Source of the DNA: a virus
Lineage: Duplodnaviria > Caudoviricetes
IMG/VR virus record: IMGVR_UViG_3300042870_001240
Direction: 5' to 3' (one strand)
DNA: 64,000 nt
Position numbers and translations under genes: made by a program. Below are positions 56,297 to 64,000 of this stretch, in pieces. Positions within the stretch are counted from its first letter, which is position 1, and every line of letters begins with the position of its first letter. The notes beneath the pieces were generated by a model, which was not told the DNA's origin, made no database searches, and worked only from the letters and a program-made list of their open reading frames with translations.

Positions 56297-58275
56297 GTTG
56301 TTATTCCTATAGATTAACTAATGCAACATCTTCACCAATAACCCAAAATTTCACAGATTGTAATGGTAATCCGTGTAGCGTAACTGTTCTTAGTGGTGAT
56401 ACTCTTCCTAGTGGAAGTACCAAATACTATATAACCGCCGATTCAACAACTTTTGTCCCAAATCCAGCCTTTACCAATGTAACAACATACTCTGGAAATA
56501 CCCGAGCGTTCTCATTTAGTAGTTGTTGCACAAATGATGTTTTTTATATTTTAGGTGATACCACAACCCTTACATCAGGACAAACAGGTAATACTATTTG
56601 CGTAACCGAATTAACAAATGCTAACGATTGTACTATCAACAACACCTTAGTTAAAGGTTGTTACACATTTGTTAGTATTGAAAGTAACATTCTAAACGCT
56701 TTAGGTAACCAAGTTTATTTAGAATATTCATTGTTATTTAACAATTGTACAGCCTGTCTTACATCATGGGTAACAAAGGGAGTGGGTTGTGTTCCTTGTT
56801 GTAAATGTTACCAAATAGATGTAGTAGATGAGGCCGGTGATTACGTGTCTTATGTTGATTGTGACGGAAACCCATCTGGCCAAACTTTTTATGGGTTAAA
56901 TAACTATATTTGTTCCGTAGAATTACCATTAAAAACAAATCAATCAACTACTGTTACCGATTTAGGCCCTTGTTCAACTACAGAAGTTTGCGGCCCTTGT
57001 CCTGCTTATTGTATAACCAACACAGGTAACGAATATGACGATAACTACACCTTAGACGGTAACTATGATGGTTATTCCTATTGGATTAGTGGTTCAGGAC
57101 TTTGGTTTATCTACTATAACACAATAGATAAACAATGGTGTTTATCAGACAGTTTAGGTGGTGAACCTAAACTATCAGGTAAATCACCGTGTTTTTCAAT
57201 CTGTCCTGACTTATGTGAAGAAATTTTCTTTTCGGGGTCGTGTCCAACAACCACAACAACAACTGCCGCCTGTATAAATTTTGATTTTGATGCAATATTT
57301 GATTGTATGGCAGAACCAACCCCATCACCAACCCCAACACCATCTATCACCCCAACAATGACCGTAACACCAAGTTCAACAAATTATTGTTCAATGGTTG
57401 GTGTTGACGCAACAATCGATACTTATAGCCCGACACCTACTCCAACTCCAACAGTAACACCATCATCATCACCCATCATAATAAGACCTTGTAATGTATT
57501 GGGTGACGTTTCTTTTACCACACTTGATGGTCATATTGGTTGTCCAAGTAGTAAACAATTCCAAGACTGTGTTACAGGTATGATGTATTACACAACAGAA
57601 TTAGTACCAACTCCTTCTGGAGGTACTTTAACTGAGTTCATGATTTTTAAAGCATATGTTGACGATGTACTTAAGTGTATTTCATTTGTAGGTATAAACG
57701 ATAATATTATTGGTGTTAATACAATTGAATTAGTTGAAGGTCCAACAGGTTATTCTAACTTAGGTGAATGTGTTTCATGTGTTGTAATACCAAGTCCTAC
57801 ACCAACTCCAACCCCAACAATGACACCAACTCCAAGTGGAACACCTTGTTTTTGTTACGAATTAATTGCGAATGCACAAACAATATTTAATTATTTTGAT
57901 TGTAATGGGTTGGGAACAAGTGCAATAAGCCAAAAAACAATACCAACATATGTTTGTTCTTTAACATTACCAACAACAACTAGTTTAAACCCATATAGTA
58001 TTACAAAACTTGATATATGTTCTAATGATGTATGTCCACCATTAACATGTAATTGTTATACAGTATCAAATGGTGGTCCTATAAATGGACAAGGTTCAGA
58101 ATTCTCCTCAGTATATATGAGTTACATTGATTGCGATAACTTAGGACAGGTTATGGTAATTAATGATTACACAACAACACTACCATTCTGTTCATTAACA
58201 ACACCATTCATTAATAGTTCAACTAACATAATAACCGTAACATTACTTGGTAATTGTGCATCATGTTCATCATAA
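56293..58275 (+). CDS. Cys-rich probable virion/fibre protein with PT linkers
   Basis: Four (Y/F)xDC(D/N) modules; TPTPTPT linkers. Confidence 0.65.
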   Translation: MSCYSYRLTNATSSPITQNFTDCNGNPCSVTVLSGDTLPSGSTKYYITADSTTFVPNPAFTNVTTYSGNTRAFSFSSCCTNDVFYILGDTTTLTSGQTGNTICVTELTNANDCTINNTLVKGCYTFVSIESNILNALGNQVYLEYSLLFNNCTACLTSWVTKGVGCVPCCKCYQIDVVDEAGDYVSYVDCDGNPSGQTFYGLNNYICSVELPLKTNQSTTVTDLGPCSTTEVCGPCPAYCITNTGNEYDDNYTLDGNYDGYSYWISGSGLWFIYYNTIDKQWCLSDSLGGEPKLSGKSPCFSICPDLCEEIFFSGSCPTTTTTTAACINFDFDAIFDCMAEPTPSPTPTPSITPTMTVTPSSTNYCSMVGVDATIDTYSPTPTPTPTVTPSSSPIIIRPCNVLGDVSFTTLDGHIGCPSSKQFQDCVTGMMYYTTELVPTPSGGTLTEFMIFKAYVDDVLKCISFVGINDNIIGVNTIELVEGPTGYSNLGECVSCVVIPSPTPTPTPTMTPTPSGTPCFCYELIANAQTIFNYFDCNGLGTSAISQKTIPTYVCSLTLPTTTSLNPYSITKLDICSNDVCPPLTCNCYTVSNGGPINGQGSEFSSVYMSYIDCDNLGQVMVINDYTTTLPFCSLTTPFINSSTNIITVTLLGNCASCSS

Positions 58276-58284
58276 TATAAAGAA

Positions 58285-58512
58285 ATGACATCAATAGAAT
58301 TAACAGTCATAACAGGTAGTATAACAATTCCGTATTCGATTTACGCTTGTGATGTATACGGTAATAACTGTGTAATAATCGCAACTATTGTAACAACTGT
58401 TCCACCAACAAATACAATTTTTCTTCCACCTCAATTTAATACGGCACCAGCAGTTGGGATTAAAATAATAACTGATGATGGGTGTGAGCGATTTGAAATA
58501 TTTAATTGTTAA
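58285..58512 (+). CDS. Small virion-type protein
   Basis: PYSIYACD...IKIITDDGC, similar to PFDVYLCD...LKIVDNNNC of the 56078 ORF. Confidence 0.7.
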   Translation: MTSIELTVITGSITIPYSIYACDVYGNNCVIIATIVTTVPPTNTIFLPPQFNTAPAVGIKIITDDGCERFEIFNC

Positions 58513-58523
58513 CCCTAAAAAAA

Positions 58524-58547
58524 AATATCGTCTAAAAAGACGATATT
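58524..58547. terminator. Hairpin between convergent genes
   Basis: AATATCGTCT-AAAA-AGACGATATT. Confidence 0.7.
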
Positions 58548-58573
58548 CCAATTTATAATTCACTTAACCGATA

Positions 58574-59176
58574 TTACCTCCAAAGACCTTCTTGATTCAT
58601 AAAACCAAGAACACAACAATAAGCATCTGATTGGTCAAAATTCTCTTTCTTAAGAGTATTGTTTTTTGTATAACTCCAAACAATTTGTGGTTCTCTTTTG
58701 GCAACTAAATCCCAAATGATTTGTTTCTTATCAATGTCTTTTGGTAATCCTCCGAATAACACATGTTTACCTTTGTCATTCTCTCTAACTAATTCAGGGA
58801 AAGCAAATTTTCTTGAGTTGTATGTTGAGATATAGTCGGGCACAATACCTAATACATCATAGATTTGTTTGGTAACTAATGTATTGAATCTTAACAACGT
58901 TTGTATGGTGTACACATTATTACTATTCATTAAAGGTTCCTCAATGATAACCTTTGTAATACCCAATCCTTTATAATCTAAAAGTTTGGTTTTAAAGATT
59001 TCACTCTTAAGAAGTAATTCTTTTATTTTATTATCTTCCTTTGGCTTTGGTATAGGTGATATGTGTGTAAGCTCAAGTAACTCTTGGTTCCCAATGTCAA
59101 ATAACGCCCATCCAATCGTTCGGGTCGATACATCAAGTCCAAGAACCTTAGGACTTTCTTTAATAGATTTTTTCAT
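58574..59176 (-). CDS. ruvC: RuvC-like Holliday junction resolvase
   Basis: LGLDVSTRTIGWA, IIEEP, DQSDA. Confidence 0.8.
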   Translation of the reverse strand: MKKSIKESPKVLGLDVSTRTIGWALFDIGNQELLELTHISPIPKPKEDNKIKELLLKSEIFKTKLLDYKGLGITKVIIEEPLMNSNNVYTIQTLLRFNTLVTKQIYDVLGIVPDYISTYNSRKFAFPELVRENDKGKHVLFGGLPKDIDKKQIIWDLVAKREPQIVWSYTKNNTLKKENFDQSDAYCCVLGFMNQEGLWR

Positions 59177-59179
59177 ATG

Positions 59180-61714
59180 TTAAATATCGAATTTAATCAA
59201 AAACTGCTGAATACCTTGTCTTAAAACGGGTGATTGCATTTTTGATATAATCATAAGATTTTTGTTCGAATCGTAAAGCCCTATTTCACTTACGAAAGTA
59301 GGTTTACCACTTGTCCATGTCGGATTCGATGTTGTTTGAAATTCCGCTTGACCTAAATTAATCTTATATTTCATTTCATAGATAGTTGCTTGGATGTCAG
59401 TTTCCAAAGAACCATAGAAATAATACTCATCACCAAAATTCAAAGAAGTTCCTGTATATCCTACAGGTGTTAATGGAATGTAAGTGTTTAAGTTATATGC
59501 CGGAGCATTGTCATACTCTTGTTGGGTGATAACAAATGTATTACCCGTCAACCCTTCTTGGGTGATATAACCATTAACCATTGTTGATGATAACTGACTT
59601 GTGAAATCAATAGCAACCCACTCAGAAGAGTTAGGTCTCTCATTACCAACAACTTTTTGACAAAGAATCTCAAATTTATTAGCCAAGAATCCTTGAGTTA
59701 CGTCACAGTATATCGGACATATTGATGTTGTTGTTGTAGTTACAGGATTATAAATTGTTGTTGTAGTCGTTGTAGGATTATAACTTGTTGTTGTAGTCGT
59801 TGTAGGATAATAAGATTGATTTAAACAACCAAATTCCCCACCGAATCTAACCGCAACATTTTGGGATGTAATCGTAGTACAATCAATATTAGGTCCTTGA
59901 ATAAACGAATAATAATTACAATGTAATGAATCGGTAAATAAATCTGTATTACTTAATCTATATGTGACATACAACGATTCTGTTAAACCTGTTAATATAC
60001 CCGTAACTGTTGAACTATCGTTACCACAAGTGTTTGGAGTAATTAATGATATCTTAGGTGATGGTATTGTCCAATTTCTATTTGATTTGTAGGACATTGC
60101 TGCAATGATTTCCTCATCATCAATAATAACCAACTTATCATCAGGGAATACTTTACCAACTCTATTAGGAATACCGTTAGCATTTGCGTTTGTGTCCCAT
60201 AGATGGTAATATCTCATACCAGGGTTATTCATATCAACATTCTTAGTTGACTGAAGGTATTGAACTTGGAAAAGATTTAAATCTTCAAATCCTGGAGGGT
60301 CAACCCAAAATGTTTGACCATTACAACAATCAGGATTTTTATGCCACATTAACCAAGGGATATGTACTTTAAAGTTTCTCGCCTCTCCCGTAGTATCAGC
60401 AGGATTTGATGGGTCAAATGGTTCCAATGCAAATTTTTCACCGTAGAATAAATCCACCGTTTGGTTTGTATAATGGATAATTCCAATCGCCTTTTGTTGT
60501 TCAGGTAACACATTAATTTTATCTCCAAAAGAGTTAAAATAATACACTGAACTACTATCTGTTTGTCCACTACTTGACGCATATCCAAAGTATTCTTTAG
60601 CCCCTAAGTAAGCGACAGAACCAAAATTAGTATAGTCTTTACTGATTGATGAGATTAGACCTGCAGGATTTTCTGACCATGGAATATTCATATTCCAAAC
60701 TTTAACATCAAACTCGTCAGTATAACAAACTGATTCAAAATTAATGACATTGTCATTCCAATGACGGCTAGGTGTAATACTATCGTATATCGTTGTCATG
60801 TTAGGAGGATAAACTATCACTCTACCATAACAAACGCTTGTTACATTTATAAAATTAGGTGTAGGTCTATCTAATGTTATCTCACCCAAACAAATGTTAA
60901 CAATTTTATATGTTAACATTGAGTAACAACTACTCATATCAACCAAACAATCAGGTGGTGATGGTAGTGGACATGCTCTACTTGTTGACGGTGTTAAACA
61001 AGGAGTTTTAGACGGTGTAGGAGTAGGTGTTGGTGAATCACAAGGGAACGAATTAGATGATGTTGGCGTAGGTGTTGGTGTTGAACCACTTTGAGGACTT
61101 ACCGAAGGCGTCACTGAGATTGTTGGTGTTGGTGTCGGTGTCGGGAGATTTAAACAAATACAATTATCCATACCTTTACCATCATAATAAATTGTGATAA
61201 TATCTCCAATAGCAGGCTCTCTAACTGAATCAGGATTACTTGGATTACTAATAAGAGTAATTTTATTGGTTCCAACTAATGAGTTCATCTGAACAACGTA
61301 GTTAGCATTGATAGCGTAAAAATTGTTAGTTAACGCACTCCAACTAATTGTCTCAGCACTTGTGTTACCAGTAAAGAACCCTCTCATTACCGCTCTATTA
61401 AATACAGGACTTACTTGAGAATCCATAAAAGGAATTCCATAAGTATTACCCGCTCTCCCATCAACATAATAAGGATATTTTACATTACTTTTATTTGATT
61501 CTGGAATCCCACTTGAATTTTGAGCATTGAAGCTCGGCTCTAATATTACAGTATCAAATTGATTATAACTTGTTGGTAAGGTATTGTATGAGACCTCACT
61601 ATCTCCAACTTGGAAATAGGAGATGTTAAAATTTCCTTGTGACAATTTTTCTCGTCCAATATCGGTTAATCTTGTATTAATTAACCCTGCAGTATTTTTT
61701 ATTATAAATCCCAT
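59180..61714 (-). CDS. Probable baseplate/tail structural protein
   Basis: RLTDIGREKL N-terminus, SEIGLYD...ISKMQSP C-terminus, PT/T-rich linkers. Confidence 0.65.
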   Translation of the reverse strand: MGFIIKNTAGLINTRLTDIGREKLSQGNFNISYFQVGDSEVSYNTLPTSYNQFDTVILEPSFNAQNSSGIPESNKSNVKYPYYVDGRAGNTYGIPFMDSQVSPVFNRAVMRGFFTGNTSAETISWSALTNNFYAINANYVVQMNSLVGTNKITLISNPSNPDSVREPAIGDIITIYYDGKGMDNCICLNLPTPTPTPTISVTPSVSPQSGSTPTPTPTSSNSFPCDSPTPTPTPSKTPCLTPSTSRACPLPSPPDCLVDMSSCYSMLTYKIVNICLGEITLDRPTPNFINVTSVCYGRVIVYPPNMTTIYDSITPSRHWNDNVINFESVCYTDEFDVKVWNMNIPWSENPAGLISSISKDYTNFGSVAYLGAKEYFGYASSSGQTDSSSVYYFNSFGDKINVLPEQQKAIGIIHYTNQTVDLFYGEKFALEPFDPSNPADTTGEARNFKVHIPWLMWHKNPDCCNGQTFWVDPPGFEDLNLFQVQYLQSTKNVDMNNPGMRYYHLWDTNANANGIPNRVGKVFPDDKLVIIDDEEIIAAMSYKSNRNWTIPSPKISLITPNTCGNDSSTVTGILTGLTESLYVTYRLSNTDLFTDSLHCNYYSFIQGPNIDCTTITSQNVAVRFGGEFGCLNQSYYPTTTTTTSYNPTTTTTTIYNPVTTTTTSICPIYCDVTQGFLANKFEILCQKVVGNERPNSSEWVAIDFTSQLSSTMVNGYITQEGLTGNTFVITQQEYDNAPAYNLNTYIPLTPVGYTGTSLNFGDEYYFYGSLETDIQATIYEMKYKINLGQAEFQTTSNPTWTSGKPTFVSEIGLYDSNKNLMIISKMQSPVLRQGIQQFLIKFDI
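59725..59812 (-). repeat. 30-nt coding tandem repeat (YxPTTTTTTx) x3
   Basis: TTGTTGTTGTAGTCGTTGTAGGATTATAA-like units. Confidence 0.75.
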
Positions 61715-61740
61715 TGACTATAAATATGTATATTTCTTTT

Positions 61741-63156
61741 TTATGTAGTAATTACGGTACAACAATTACAACCTGATAATTTTAAATTCGTTATTGAATA
61801 TTTTTCATCGCTCGTCCCAATATAACAATTAATTGATTCATTTTTTGTTACAGAAGTTATTGTAGTTAAACTTAAAATATCCGCGTTAGTGATAATGACT
61901 TGAGTCCATTGTTCTGAATTTGAATAAACATAAACATCATTTGATTGACACCCAGGTATTATACTTTTTGTTTCTGACTCATCAAACCCCACAATTGGTT
62001 CAAGAGAATCTCCGTTTATAACTAAATCACTATCACTTTGAAATGTTGCCGATTCTGAATTTGGTGATGATTTTGAAACATTTAAATGAGTAATATTAAA
62101 CGTTAAAGACACTCCGTCAGGTAGTGGTGGGGTTATTTTAATAGTCGTCTCATATTGTTTTGTAACACTATTATTTGATATTTCAACTGTTTTTGATGTT
62201 GTATTTAAACTAACATTATATGTTGTAGGTTTTGATGGTGAGTTAAGAATAATACTTGAACTAGTAATAATTCCACTATCATCAACAACAAGAACATTAT
62301 ACGTCCCAGAACATAAATTATTAAAAATTGGCATATTTTTATATGTCAATCCTGCATCTATAGAATACGTATACGGTGGTGTACCCCCATTTGCAGTTAT
62401 TGTAATCCCTCCATCACATCCACAAATAGTTTGATTTTTGGTCACATTCATAGTTAACGGAGTAATTCCTTCTCCAAGTTTAAGTTTACCTTCAACAGGT
62501 AATGATTGACAAAGACCTTCATAAACAATAACGCTACCCGTATTACCAATTAGGAACCAACTACCGTAAATCGGTGGATATGTCGGATTTAAATTCGATA
62601 TCACATATAGAGTTGGTGTTGCAGCGGACACTAACCATTGTGATTGAGATGTATCCCAAATTATTGCTTGTTGACTGTCGTCAGAAATCCATGCCGGTTT
62701 TCCATCATAAATTCCATTTGGGTTAAAATGTGTTTGTGTTTCCACATAAACCCCTTGTACTAACATGTTTGTAACCATACATAATTCGTATTCATTAGGA
62801 TATGGTGAAGTTGTACTAGTACTTGTTGTAGTTGTAGTTGGGGTTACTCCTGTCAAAATACATGTCGTATTTGCCGTAAAATCTCCGTAATAATCTACAA
62901 CCGTTGCTCCGTATGACCCCGCACTTAAATTATAAATAATCGGACCAATTCCCCCATTCAACCAAATAATAGTATATGGAGGAGTCCCACCTGTTATTGT
63001 TAACGAAGCTATTCCGTCAGTCGATTCGGGTAATGTTGGGTGTGATACGTTACATTCAACACCCATTTGAAATAATGTGATAACATTACAATCGTTAACA
63101 CCTGTTGTTAGACAAGATGTTTCACCAGTCATTTTATATGGGGACTTATTACTCAT
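61741..63156 (-). CDS. Probable structural protein with SprB-like repeats
   Basis: DGIASLTITGGTPPYTIIW and DGGITITANGGTPPYTYSID. Confidence 0.7.
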   Translation of the reverse strand: MSNKSPYKMTGETSCLTTGVNDCNVITLFQMGVECNVSHPTLPESTDGIASLTITGGTPPYTIIWLNGGIGPIIYNLSAGSYGATVVDYYGDFTANTTCILTGVTPTTTTTSTSTTSPYPNEYELCMVTNMLVQGVYVETQTHFNPNGIYDGKPAWISDDSQQAIIWDTSQSQWLVSAATPTLYVISNLNPTYPPIYGSWFLIGNTGSVIVYEGLCQSLPVEGKLKLGEGITPLTMNVTKNQTICGCDGGITITANGGTPPYTYSIDAGLTYKNMPIFNNLCSGTYNVLVVDDSGIITSSSIILNSPSKPTTYNVSLNTTSKTVEISNNSVTKQYETTIKITPPLPDGVSLTFNITHLNVSKSSPNSESATFQSDSDLVINGDSLEPIVGFDESETKSIIPGCQSNDVYVYSNSEQWTQVIITNADILSLTTITSVTKNESINCYIGTSDEKYSITNLKLSGCNCCTVITT

Positions 63157-63171
63157 TTACGATAAATACAT

Positions 63172-64000
63172 TTACAATTGATTTTTTACAATCCTTTTCA
63201 TTATCTCAACGTATTTTATTGTTGAACTATTAGTATCAACAAAATCAAAATAATTCATATCTTCTTTTAATTTATTTAAAGGATTGACGTTGATGAACTC
63301 TCCCTTATAGAACTTGGAGCCCTTTAAATCGTGAGTTACTCCCGCCATATGTAATATGGGTTGTTTCTCATAAATATTAACATTATCAGTTGCCCAAGAA
63401 AACCCCAATTCATTTGTTATTTTTGTTTCAATCCCAAAGTACCAAAGATTCCACAATAAAGACCACATCTCAGCAGTCCAAAACTGTATCTCTCCCGGAC
63501 TTATTGGGAATCTTTTTTGGTAACTCATCATTTGGTCATATAATGGAGTGCAATCTTCATAAATTTTATTCCATATAAACGAATCAGTGTTTTTTATAAT
63601 ATATTGACCTCCACCTGAGTTTTCTTGATTACATTTAACACAATCAACCGATACTCCAACAACATCCACCATCTCTTGAATCAATTGTCCCTTATCAGAG
63701 GTCGGGTGATGTTTCTCGTATCGAATACAACAGTCATTAATGTAGTTGTAACCAATGTATCCGACAGTGTCGGATAAATAGGTTATATCGTCAGATAACA
63801 AACTTTCGAAGTCAGGTAGTTCCCTAAAAATAATGTCCGCATCATGTAAGAAAAAACATTTTCCAAATTCAGGAAATTGTTCTAACCATTTATAAATTAA
63901 AAATGGTTTAATGTTCGGGATGTAATGTTTTTGATGTCGAGCATCTAAATAATGGTGAACATTAATTCCCATAGATTTAAGTTCTAAAGATTCTTTTGTT
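63172..64000 (-). CDS. Glycosyltransferase-like protein (5'-truncated by the window)
   Basis: FLHDADIIF (DxD), WTAEMW, ILHMAG; the frame appears to continue to the window edge. Confidence 0.55.
   Translation of the reverse strand, partial: TKESLELKSMGINVHHYLDARHQKHYIPNIKPFLIYKWLEQFPEFGKCFFLHDADIIFRELPDFESLLSDDITYLSDTVGYIGYNYINDCCIRYEKHHPTSDKGQLIQEMVDVVGVSVDCVKCNQENSGGGQYIIKNTDSFIWNKIYEDCTPLYDQMMSYQKRFPISPGEIQFWTAEMWSLLWNLWYFGIETKITNELGFSWATDNVNIYEKQPILHMAGVTHDLKGSKFYKGEFINVNPLNKLKEDMNYFDFVDTNSSTIKYVEIMKRIVKNQL

Noticed and set aside
58574-59176. TnpB/Cas12-like effector
   Set aside because: Only 200 aa, with no REC/WED or Zn-ribbon region; fits a resolvase and is far from the arrays.
57300-61150. 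ACACCAACT-like short repeats as non-coding arrays
   Set aside because: They encode Pro/Thr linkers within ORFs.
7878-63578. Many short ORFs antisense to or nested in longer genes (e.g. 8791, 16064, 25852, 32841, 41272, 49314, 55710)
   Set aside because: Shadow frames of well-supported genes, with no motifs.

Overview
AT-rich, densely coding 64-kb segment of what is most likely a jumbo/huge phage of Bacteroidota. Support: Bacteroidota-type TTTG-N19-20-TAnnTTTG promoters, a Bacteroidota-type RpoD-like sigma, and T9SS/SprB-like domains; no capsid or terminase gene lies in the window. It carries replication/recombination genes (SbcC/SbcD-like, primase, PD-(D/E)XK nuclease, RuvC-like), two DNA methylases, a lysis cluster, virion-type Cys/Pro/Thr-rich proteins, and host-like functions (SmpB, GSII, DnaJ, Trx/Grx, Mesh1-like hydrolase, PHPT1/Janus-like phosphatase, sugar-modification cluster). 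The standout: three paralogous ~105-aa genes (148-474, 16889-17197, 18295-18609) whose last codons are the first 36-nt repeat of a CRISPR-like mini-array (36-nt repeat, 29-30-nt unique spacers, type VI-B-like repeat, no cas genes in the window). The first spacer forms the protein C-terminus, and an in-frame TAG forms at most spacer/repeat junctions. Three tRNA-like RNAs also share an identical acceptor stem but have unrelated anticodon regions. All family assignments are motif recognition from memory; no searches were run.
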